Positions 23,170-35,100 of a DNA stretch of 64,000 bases are shown in pieces (position 1 is the stretch's first letter; each line of letters opens with the position of its first letter). A program made the position numbers and the translations under genes. The notes below the pieces were generated by a model. That model searched no databases, was not told the origin of the DNA, and saw only the letters and a list, made by a program, of their open reading frames with translations. Origin of the DNA: Rhizaria sp. SCN 62-66 (taxonomy: Eukaryota); the NCBI GenBank assembly GCA_001724265.1, contig MEDY01000086.1, forward strand, positions 1-64,000, read 5' to 3'.

Positions 23170-26100
23170 AGTAACCCTGCAACCGCGACCGCGGCCGCGG
23201 CCCCGACTGCGGCCGCGGGTGATGACGACAGCGTTGGTGGCATCGCCCTCGCATGCGGCCTGACTTTGTCTTCGCTGACGGTGGTCACGACCCTTGCCGA
23301 CGGCACGCGCGCGTTCGCCGCGCCCGACGCCGCGGGCACAATGCATAAGCTTGTGACCGTGAGCGGGCTGGGGTTGTACTGGGGTGACGGCTGCAAGGTC
23401 ACGGCCATGGACCTGGCTCTGCCCCCGCTCAGTAATGCACAGCCGCAGTTTCAGTCGCAGTTATCATCGGCAATGGACGCAGAGTCTGTTGGCGGTGATA
23501 CCAGTGCTCTGGGCTCACAGTCAGTTAATCCCCATGACTCTGACAGTGTAAGCGCGAGTGTAAGCGCGAGTGCAATCAATTCAGCTGCTGTGAGGACGTA
23601 TAATGAGGCGATTGCGCGGATTAACGGCTGTTTCTACTCGTATGCAGTCCGCAAGTCGCTCGCCACTGCGCTCGCCGCTCACAGCCACATTTACTTTGAC
23701 AACAACAATAGTAGTTTGATCAACAGCAGCAGCAGCGGTAATGCCAATGTATCGAGTAGTGCTGCTCTGTCTCCGCTGCTTTCCGCCGCAAACACGAGCA
23801 CAAACACCGTGAATACGGTCAATGCGAATGCTATTTCTGGCGCCAGCGCCAGTCGCGCGTCGCCACTGCCGTCTATGCCTGTGTTTATGCGTTCCCTCGA
23901 GCCCCGCAGCGTCATCATGGCGGCCGACATCACCGTCGCGCTACACCTCGCCCCCTCTGCCACGACGACGACAGCCTCCGCAGCTGAGGCCACGAACGCG
24001 AGTGTGATGGAGAGCGTCACTGTCGCGGCAGCCACAGTCGCTATCGCGCTGCCGTCTCTGCACATCGCGCTCAGCTCGACGCAGTTGCAGCACGTGCAGC
24101 TCCTCGTCTCTCACCTCACGTACCTGACGACGCTGCTGCGGCACGCACCCGCGCTCGCGCCGCCGGTGCGACCGGGCCCAGCGGCCGAGGCGGCCGTGTT
24201 CGTGGCCTCGGCGGCCGCGGACGCGGTGCTGCGCAAGGCGCAGGGGCAGCGACGCTGGCAGCTTTACTCGCAACAGCTGCAACAACAGCAACAGCAGCAA
24301 CAGCATCAACAACAGCAACATGCGTCTGCTTTGTTCCCGCGTCTCACTGCTTCGAGCGGCAGCAGCGCTCTGAAGGTCAACGCCGCCGCTGATGCAGCGG
24401 GCAGCGACGTGTCCGAGCCGTCGTCATCCCCCCGCTCGACCGCAGCGGCAGCAGCAGCTGCGGCAGCCGGCCGTCTCTCTGTCGCTGCATCTAGTGCTCC
24501 CTCAGCAGGCAGCACATTCCCTGGGTCAACGACGACCATGACTGTGCTCATCGCGCCCCACGCGCTCGGCCCGACCGAGTTCGCCCCCGCCGACGCCCGC
24601 GGCCGCCGCCTCGCCCTGCGCAGCGCCGTCGCGGGCGCCTGGTGGGGCTGGGCCATCCAGGTTGTGCGCGCAGGCGTTGCGCTGCGGCTGCGCAGGCGCT
24701 CTCTCACCCACTTGTGCCGCTTCAGGGTGGCGCTCAGGCAGTACGCGCCTCTCTACCGACAGGTCCGTCTCTCTTCATGCTTGTTCATTTTATTTTCACA
24801 AAATCGATATCTCATCCAGTTTCTTTTTTAGGGAACATTTTACATGTATTTATGTTTAATTAGTTGTTATTTCCATGTTTTAGTCTAATTAATTTCAATA
24901 TTATCTTATTTATATACTTCATTGACTGTTTTTTTGTAAATCGCCGCTCGTTGTGTTTAGGTTCTCGCTGATCGTGCTGGTCCTGACGCCGCTGCGGACG
25001 CGTCGATGATCGAGGCCGCGTGGCCTTTAGACGTAGTACTTACATTCCGCGCCGCCGTCGAGGCCCAGTGGCGCGCCGCGAAGACCGTGGCCGAGGCCAT
25101 CGCCACCGCCACTCTCGGCAACCACACTAGCGCCGACGACGCGGGCGACGGCGAAGACAGCGGTGGCGGCGGTGGTGGGATGCTGGGCTGGGTGCGCCGC
25201 GCCGCCGCCGCCGTTGCGGCGCCCGTTGCGACGGCGATGGTGACGGCTGATCTGGCGCTGCGCGGGGCCCGCTACACCGACCCTGTGGCGACGATGACCC
25301 CCGTCTCCTTACTATCGGCTGCGGCGCGCGCACGGCTCGTGGCGCTGGCGGGCGCGGAGGCCGTCGCCACGCTCGACCAGCAGCAGCGCAAGGCGCAGCG
25401 CATCGCGTTGATCAAAATCAAGCAACAGGCCACTGCAGTTCCTGGCAGTGCAAGTACTAGCCACGGACATGTAAGTACCCGCCTGACCACCGCGGCCCCC
25501 GCAGTGACCGTGAGCGACGCCGAGGTCCTGGAGGCGCTGCGACGCAACAACAGCGCCGCATGGGCCCTCGAGCCCTCGTACGCGCTGCTGTTGCCGGCGC
25601 CCTGGGCGGCGCCGCAGTCGGCCACGCAGGCGCTCGAGCTCACCGAGGCCGAGGCCGCGGCCGCCGCGGCGGCTGCCATCGCGGGGGGCTCGGCTAGCGC
25701 TGGAGCGGGCGCCGCCGGCAACGCACACACGAACGCAGGCAGTGCCAACAGCGCTGGCGATGCGGCGCTGGCTGGTAGTAAGAGCGGTACAAGTGGGCTC
25801 ACTCGTGAGGACGTGAGTATCTCGGTGAGTCTCGGCCACGCGAGCATTACGCTGTGGCAGCCCAGTCTGGTGCGTTATAACAGGCGGCTGGCGGCGCTTA
25901 GCGCGGCAGCTAGCGGGCAGGAGTACTTAGAACCCTGGTACTTAGAACTACCCAAGGCGATCCCTATCACGTTTGTCTACCCTACTGCACCGCAGCAGCT
26001 GCCACAGGCACAGACGCTGCAGACCCAAGTGCAGCCTCAGTCGTCCAGTCAGATCCAGACCCAGGGGCTGCCGATGCTGTTGGCGCCCCCGTCGTTTAAG

Positions 26101-29100
26101 CAGACGCAGTCGCCATTCCTCACCGCAATGAGCGCCCCCGCAGTCACTCTGGCCCACACTGCCAATAATGCTAACATGAACGTCCACAACAGCAACGTTC
26201 GCAGGCATATCCCCGCAGCGCCCACCGCTACGACGACGACGACGACGACGACTGCGAGTACGAACGGTAACCCTAGCAATAGTAGCCCATCTACGACGAC
26301 TGCTGTTGCTGGTAACGCCCACAACGTGAGTGTACCTGCCACTACTGTCAATAGCAGTCCTGCCGCGGCGCGTGTGGCGCCGCTGCCCCCGTTCCTGGCC
26401 GTCCCCACGCAGCTTCCCCTGCTCATCGACGCCTGCGAGGCCTTCCCTGCGCTGCCGCAGTCGCTGTGCCCCGTGGCGTCCCCCAGCGACTGGGCGGTGA
26501 TGGAGCGGGTCGCCGTCAGGGCCAAGGTGCTGGACTCGGTCCGCCGCCAGCAACAGCAGCGGCAGTAGTCGCACGCGCAACAACAGCAGCAACAGCAGAT
26601 GTTGAGCGCGAAGGCGGCGAGTCGCGCTTCAAGCCCGTTGCTGACCCTTACGAATGGAGGTGCCTTGCGCAACAGCAACAGCAGCAGTAGCAGTAGCAGT
26701 AGCTCTTCCGCTGGCACAATGCTGAGCTATAACAACGCAGCAGGTAACAATACTGCTGCTCTTGATGTTGAAAAGACTGCTTCTGAGAACAACAACAATC
26801 CTGGCTCTAGCTCTAGCTCTAGCGAAGTCTCTGGTGCGAGTGGCAGTGACGATGAGTGCGAGAGCCTTAGTGACAGCAGTGTAACTACCGCTGATGCTGA
26901 CAACGCTAAGTCTGACAACAGTAAGCAGGCTAAGCGCAAGGCTAAGCGCGCTGCCCGCCGCGCCAAGGCCGCCTTGACTTCGAGCGCCACTGCGATTGTG
27001 CCTGCGCGTGCGGCTGGTGGCGACTCTGATAGAGAGGGCGGTGACAGCGCCGGTGTCGACACCATCGCCCCGCTACCTCTGCGCTTGCCCGCGGTCACGA
27101 ATCTCTTCTTGCCGTCGACCCCCTTGAACAGCAACAGCAAGAGTAGCCAGGCCGCCGCAGCCGCAGTGACCGCCGCTGCCGCCGCAGCGTCAACCGCCTC
27201 AGCCCGCGCCTCCGCCGCCGCCACAGCCGCCTCTGCCGCCGCCGCGGCCCGCGCCCTGTCCGGCCTCTGCGGCCGTCCCTACGCTGCCGTGACCCGCGGG
27301 ACGTGGGACGCTCTGCTGGCGCAGTCGCTGCCCTGCGCGCATGGCCACCCCGTGCACGCCAGGCTCAGGGCCGGCACCGCAGCGGCCGCGGCGACGGCGA
27401 CGGCGATCATGGTCGCGTCGCAGACTGCGGCGGCGGCGGCAGCGGCGGCCACGGCGGCGGCGGCCGCGGCGGTTGCTGCGAGTGCCCTAAATGGCGGTGC
27501 GAGTGCGGGTAGTGCTGTAAGTGGCAGTAGTCTAAGGGGCGTGTTGCCGTCGCCCTTACACGCGCGCAGCCCGATGCACACACCGTCACACTCAAATTCG
27601 CTGCGGTCGCCCCTGCACCAGCACAGGGACCGCGGTGTAACTACCCCCTTACATGCCGCTGCCAAGACGCCCTTACATCACTTTGGCGGCGGGGTTCCGA
27701 AGACCCCCTTGCACGCCGGAGCAAAGACCCCCTTACACCGGAGTAAGCAGCAAGCCTTTTTCGCATCCCCCTTCAGCTCCCCTCAGCCCCACACTGCCAA
27801 CAACAACACCACGAACGCGGCTGTGAACGCGAGCGCAAGCGCCGCCTCTGGGACCGCGGCGAACGCGGCAACAGCGACGACGACTGCGACTGCATCTGCA
27901 TCCGCGCCTGCAACCGCTGCAGCGCTGTCCTTCCCGGTTGGTTTGGCCGCCCTCGTCGTCGCTCTGGCCCAGCACGGCGTTCTCCTGCACACGGCGACCG
28001 GCGCTGGCGCCGAGTGGACCGTCGCGCCCGCGGCAGCGGCCGCGGCGCTGCCGGGTTCAGCCGCCGCAGCGGCCGCCGCAGCCGCGGTTGCCACAACGGC
28101 CACGGCTGCCGCTACTGCCGCGGCCGCTGCGGCGGCGGCGACTACCGCGGCCAACTCTGCCCTCGCAGCAGCTGCGGCAACAGCAGCGTCGACTGCAACT
28201 GCGCAGCAAAGCTCGTCTAGCTCGCAGCTGCAGCCACAAGCTTCTCTGGCGCAGTCACAACTGCAGGCACACCAGTCTCTGCTGCTGCAGCCGCAGTCGG
28301 TGCTGCAGTCCATCTTTCCCGTCAGCATCCCGTCCTCCTGCGCCCTCATCGCCACCACCCCGGCGCTGGCCGCGGGCCTTATTACGGGCGCCGCCGTGAC
28401 CTACAGCACGCCGTGCGCCTGCTGCGCGCGCGCGCTGGCGTCGGCGGGCACGCAGCGCGCGTACCACCGCCACCGCACGCGCCTGGCGACGGCGTTCTTG
28501 CTCGGCGCAAAGCCGGCGCGCGCCAGCCAGGGCCCGCTGAAGCCCGCCGCCGCGGTGCACTTGGTCCAGGCCGAGGTCACTGTCGGCCTCGGCGGAGGGG
28601 AAACGAGTGTTGAGGCTGTCGTTGGCGCCATTTATGCGCACCAAGTAACGCAGCAGCAACAGAAGACGCGGAAATCGGGCAAGAGTCCTGATGCTGTGGC
28701 CGCTGCGACGGCCATGGGCTACGACAGCAACAGCAACAGAACCTCCACTTCGAGTATTCACGCTAGCTCCGGTGCTAATGTCGGTGTCTCTAGTCTGACT
28801 CCGACTACGAGTGCGAGTACAACCGCGCCTCTCGTGCACCCGCGCGCCCGTCGTCTCGCGCTGGCCCTGGCCGCCACAGACTCCCTCCTCCTCTCCCGCC
28901 ACACGATCACGCCCTTCGGTGCCCGGCCCCTGTTCACTGCGCTCGTCGCGCCTCAGGGCCTCGCGCGCGTCGCGCCCCGGGTTGCGGCCGCGGCGGCGCT
29001 GAGGGCGCAGCGGCGGCGCGCGCCAGGCGGGTTTGTGGTTGAGCGCACCGCCCCCGGCGCAGCCGTGGCGGCGACCGCGATCTCAACGCTCAACGCTGAC

Positions 29101-32100
29101 AGTAAGCAGCATCAGGGGCGTAATTCCTCGAACGCTGATGAGAGCAAGAGCTCGCATATTGCGACTGATTTCAGTGACGGCGACGATGACGACGATGATG
29201 ATGACGACTTTGACATCCTCAGCACTGATAACAACACCGGCCGCCCCCACAACCACAGGAGTGCCAACGAGACTAACGCCTCTGCGACAGCGCCCATGGT
29301 ACCGCACACAGTCAGCGCCGCCGCGGCCGCGCTGGCCCAGCTGCCTTCCGCGCTGCGCCGCCGCGCCCGCGCCGCCACGTCCGCCGTGGCCCCCGCCGGC
29401 TGGGGCGTAGCCCCGCTGGCTCGGCGGCTTCTGCACGGCAAGGGTGTGCCGACCGACACTAGCAACGGCCTGCCCGCGCCTCTGTCACTGCCACTGCCTC
29501 TGCCCGCAGCTGGCGCTGGCGCGGGCGAGAATGAACAGCAGCAGCCGCTGCTCGCGCTCTCGCTGCGTCTGCGTGCGACGCCGACGCTGCAGCAGCCGCA
29601 CACGAGTGTGATTGCGCGGTCCCAGTCGCTCGACATCGTCGTCTGCACGGACACGATCGCGCTGCTGACTAAGTTCGCCGAGAACGCGACTGTCTCCGCG
29701 TTCGCGCCCTACCCGCACCCGCCGGTGCCCACCGCTAAGCATCACAGCCACCATCACGGCCACGACAACGCTGGCGCTAATACGAGCAGCTCGAGTGCCT
29801 CTGGTGGCGCTGCGGCCAAGGCTAGCTCGCCCGGCTCCAAGGACGACTTGTGGTTAGACTTGGACCTGCGTTCTCTGTCGTCCCTCAACAACAGCAACAG
29901 CACCGCGAACGGCGCCACGAGCAGCGGCCAGCTCCAGTACATGCTGCACAACCAGGTGCGGCTTTACTTTGACATTGCCGCCGCCGCGCCCACGGTTATC
30001 ATTGCACACCCGCAGGCGGCGCGCGGCGAGCTTGGGGCCATGCTGGTGCTAAACCTGGGGCACCTGACTGTGAAGACCAAGAACCTCACGAATGCTGTGG
30101 ACGCAGTTGCGACGCTTGCTGGCGTAGCTACAACAGCGACAGCTAGCTCTGGCGCTAGTAATGCTGCGACTATTGTCAGTTCAAACCCTATTCCTGGCTC
30201 TGGCTCTGGCTCTAGCTCCGGTACTCGTGTCGGTGATACCGCAAACGCAAATTCCGGTAAAGCTGGCGCAAAGGAGTCATCAATATCTGTTGTTGCTTCT
30301 GTTCCTGCGAGCAGCAGTAAGGCTTGCTCAGCTGTTGCCAGCGACAAAGATGACGACGATGAGGACGAGGAAGAGGAGGAGGACCAGTTCTTCGATCCCG
30401 ATGCCACCACCACGGACACTGAAGCGAATAACAACAACACCGCCAACCCGACGAACATCGACACATCGGCGGACAACACAGGTGTCTCTGTGAACAGTAC
30501 GCCGAAGCACTCTGCTCTCAACACGAGCAGCAACAACACAAGTACTGTGAATGGATTGCTGTCACCTCCTAGCCTGCGTTTGAGTGCTACTAACAGCGGC
30601 GGCTTAGCTTCCGCCTACACGCCCCGCTCCTCTGGCGGCTTCAACAACATCAGCAAAGACAAGACGAACGCAGCAGATGTCGCTGCCAGTGGCGACCAGC
30701 TTAGCGGCTTAGCTTCTGGCGCCTTCTTGTACTCGCAGCTGCACAAGACGCTCAGCGTCAAGAGCAATAACAATCTTGGTAACGCGAGCTCCAGTGACAG
30801 CAACAGCAGTGAGGATGATGATGACGTTGCAAGCGACAACTCCAGTGCCAGTGCCAGCGCCAGCGCCACTGACAACGACGGTGAAGGTCACGACGGCCGC
30901 AACAAACGCCTTGCTAACGCCGGCATCAGCGGCGGCGACGGTGGCGACAATGTGGCTAGCGCCAGGGCCAGTCACAACACAAGTGCGAATGCGGTAGGCA
31001 ACAGCGGCAACAGTCGTTTCTCTCTCGACAACAACGAGACCCCGCGCAAGCGCAAACTTAGCAGCGCAATCGACGCTGCCCGTGCAATCAGTTTGAGTCC
31101 AAGCTCTGCCAACAGTGCCATCAACGATGGCCAGCTGTACGGCGTCGAGGCGGTTCTCAAAAAGTCCCACCTGTTCGACCACATCGAAGTCACTCTGGCG
31201 CACATGCACGCCAGTCTGGTGCCCGTGGCGATGTGGCTTTGGGTGAGGCCGCAGCGACTCGTCCCGCTGGTGCCGCCGCGCGACACCCCTTACATCGGCG
31301 ACGGCGCGGGTACTTACGCGAAGCACGGCAAGAGCAACAAGGACAAGTCTAAGGCCAAGTCAAGTCACGGCGGCACTGCTGAGAGCGTTGGCTCTGCTAG
31401 TTCGCTCTTTGGTCACGGCGCTGTCGTCGAGTCCGAATCGGAGTCTGAGTCAGAGACTGGTGAGTCCAAGGCCGACTGGGATCGCGGTGACTCGTCAAAG
31501 TTTAGCCGCGTCCGCGCACTGTATGCGCAGACGTTTGCATCTGCAGCATTGCTGGCAGAAGAGCATTTCTCATCACCCTCGTTCTTTAACAATGCAAGCG
31601 CCAATGCAAGCACTTCTTCGAGTGACAACAGTGACTCTACCGCCGCTGCGTTCTCCAGTGGTCTTGACAGCAGCGCGAATAACCCGTATTCATCTGTCGC
31701 GCGCGCGCTGCCCCCGGCCCTGACATTCCTGACATCGGCGCGAGCCACCCCCTTACTTGCCCCCCTCACAGTGCGCCTCTCGGTGTTATCCTCGGTTGCC
31801 CCGCTGCACCCGGCATTCCCGCGTGTGACTGTGAGCGCAGTGGTGTCTGAGACCGTGGTTACAGTGTCTGCGCTGCAAACGAAGCGGTTGTGCCAGTTGG
31901 TGACAGGGCTCACGACCGCGTTCGCGCCCCCCAACGCAGCTGCAACCAGTGACGCAAGCTCCACCGGTGTTTCCTCCGTTGCTGCTGAGCCTGCCTCCAC
32001 AAAGCCGCAGCAGCCGAAGCAGCCTAAGGCTCAACCCAGGGCTAAGCCTCAGACTGCTGCTTCTGCTGCTGCTGCGGCTACGGCTGCTTCTAGCACCGAC

Positions 32101-35100
32101 GCTACTGCTCGTGCAAGCGGTAATGTTGCATCTGATAAGAAGGTCAGTGATAGTTCTCGTACTAAGAAGGCTACGACGAACACAACAGTCGCTACTGCTC
32201 CGAACGCTGGCGCTGGCGCCAGTGCAACGACTACAAGCGTCGTTATCGGCGACAGTGTTGCGCTGCGCAGGCGGCCCAACTTCCAGGTCCACTTACACTG
32301 CCCCAGTCTCAAGCTTCGGCTCCGCAGTGACCCTTTTTCTGCCCAAGCTTCTGCCGCCACTTCCGCTTCCGCCGGCAACACCAGTGGTGATGCTACGGGC
32401 TCAAGTGCCAGCTCTAGTGCAGCAGCAAATAGTGCTGCTGCCGCGGCTGCGTCGTGCCTGCTTTCGCACACTTTGTCTGCCGACGCTGTGGTCGCCAGTC
32501 TGTATCTGCTTGCTTTCCAGCAGCGCGCGCGATGGACCGCGCTATGCGCCGCCGCCGCTACCGCCGCGCGCGACGCCGCCGCCGCCGCTGCAGCCACGGC
32601 CACGGCCACGGCCAGTGCGAGCTCCAGCTCTGGCGCCGGCGCCGCCGTGGCCGCCGTCCGGTGGGCGCAGCTGTCAGCCGCGGCACTTGCATCGTTTGCG
32701 GCGGCCCCACTGTTGTCGTCGGCGGCGACAGCAGCGAGTGCGCCGGTGTCTGTGTTTGGCGCAGCGTTTGCGGACAAGCAGCAGCTCCAGCGGAAGCCGC
32801 GACCGCAGCAGCAGCATGGCTCTGGGTATGTGTTCACTGCACAACCCGTCCCTTTGCCGTGGCAGCAGCAAGCTGTTCTTGCGAAGCAACAGCAGTTGCA
32901 GCAGCAACAGCAGCAGCTGCAAAAGCAAAAACAGCAGAAGCAGCAGCAAAACGCGCGCATGTTCCATGCTCAGTACAACAAGAGCCGCGGCCTAGCTTCC
33001 AGCGTTAGCGGCAGCTTATCCTCCTCGATGATGCCTGGGGACGGCTTGACTTCCCGCAAATCGAACCTCTCTGCGTCAACGATGCTGCCCCCGGCGAACG
33101 CCACCAAGAGCAAGGCGAAGAGCAGCAATGGCAACGCTTCGAAGAAACAGTCGTCGCTGTCGCGGTCGCAGTATTCTCTCGCTGCCAGCACAATGCTGCC
33201 GTCTAGCGCTGACTTCACATCAGTCTCAGGCTCTGGCTCCGGCACTGGCGCGAACCTCGGTGCAAGTGTCAGCGGCGGCAAGCAAGCGCGGGCACACGCT
33301 CTCTTGCGCACTGAAAAGCGCAACAACAACGCTTCACAGGCGCAGACACAGGCGCAAACTCAACAGGCTGCCCAGGCCCAGGCCCAGGCTCAGGCTCTAG
33401 CGCAGGCGCAGGCGCAGGCGCAGCAGCGTCTCGCCGAGGCCGAGGCCGACGCGGAGACCGCCGCCCTCGTGGCCTCGGTGCGCGCGCAGTGGCGCTGGCG
33501 GGGGCACTCGTACATCGAGCGGCTCGTTGACTCTGGCGCGTACCGTATGGTGTCGGCGCTCAAGTGGGACAACGGTCTACTCAGTGCTGGCAAAAACACG
33601 AATAACAACGGCAGCGACAACACGAGTAGTGGAAATACTGTGATTGTTCCTGTGTCGAGTCTAAGTACCTCCGAGCGCGACCTCTTCGAGGTGCATCTAA
33701 GTACCCTGACCTGCGAAGTCATTGCGAGCGACTCCAAGCTCTTTGCTGCCGTCGCCCTGTCTGACATCCAGCTCACAGACGCCAGCGCAGTCAACGATGC
33801 GTTGTATGGGCGCGTTGTGACATCGAAGCCGCCGCCGCTGCTGGCGTATGCGATGGCCAGGACCAAGATCACCACTGTCGCCGCCACCAACACTCTGAGC
33901 AACAACAACAGCGGCGGTATCGGTGCGGGTAAGAACGTGTCAGGCCCCAAGACTCCTGCCGGTGCGGCCAACGCGTCCGCTGGCTCTGGACTGACGACTC
34001 CGGACCATTCGCGTCGCGGCTCTCTTGCCCCTGCCTCGGCGTCTTCGGGCAGCAGCACCACCGCTGCAGTGAGTACTCTCAACACGCCAGTTGTGCCGAG
34101 TCATAGTGGCACCAGGCTGACCGCACCCTCCCCGGTCCCTTTCGCTCTCACTCTTCACAGCGCAAGCGATGCCCGTACCAACGAGTCGCATGGCAGTATT
34201 GCTCACAGTGCCGGCAGCGGCAAGCTCAGGGGTAAAGCGAAGGCTGTGGCGGCCGCGGCGGCGGCGGAGGCTGAGGCCGTTGCGATTGCCGCCGCTGAAG
34301 CCGCTGCCGAGGCAGATTCCCGCGTGATTATGATCACGTTTGAATCGTTCTTTCCTTGCATCACCACGAGTACGGCCGACTACCGCAATGCTACAACTAG
34401 CTCTGCCAATGCTGCTGCTTCTCGAGGTGTTGGGGTTGCCGTGTCTAAGGTTGCGGTGTCTAAGGGGCCCGTTACAGCATCGTGTAAACCTGTCAGTAAA
34501 CGCGCAGGCATCCAAAGTGATAGAGTCATTGTGTCGCCGTATCATGGCCGTGCGGTGACTGATTTGCCCACTTTCTCCCGTGCTAAGCTGCTTTTGAACG
34601 AGATTCACGCCAACTTCACTCAGTCCGCTGTGACCAACATCACGACCGCACTCACTGCGTTTGTTACTGCCGCCACGACCGGCCTTGCGCCCGCCACTGA
34701 CGACTGCAATACCAACGTCATCAGCAGGAGCGGTTGCAAGGATGGCGACGTGGCGAATAGCTGCAATACCGCTGGCAACGTGGTTGCAACGATGACTTTT
34801 GAGATTGCCTTTTTAGAGTCGTCATGTGTGGCGATCGCTCGCTCCCGCGGCTTAACTTCCGCAGACGGCGGCTTAGCTTCCGACGGCACTGCTAACAAGT
34901 CTAAGGGTGCCAGCGATCGTGACCGGCGTGACCGTGAGCAGCATCAGCAGCAATCCGACTCCACTGATAAGCTCGCTCGCGAGAATTCTGCTCGCTCGAC
35001 TGCGACTACACCCAACGCAAGCATTAGCGCCGGTGTAAACACGGTCCCCAATGTAAGTGCCAGTGCCCGCGGTGTAAGTACCGCGGGTGACCGTGAGCGC

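Noticed and set aside
26326-26606. Introns that would remove the first TAG (26326-26568 GTGAGT..TAG, or 26565-26606 GT..GAG)
   Set aside because: Both are GC-rich and coding-like, lack a pyrimidine tract, and would have to skip many nearer CAG acceptors.
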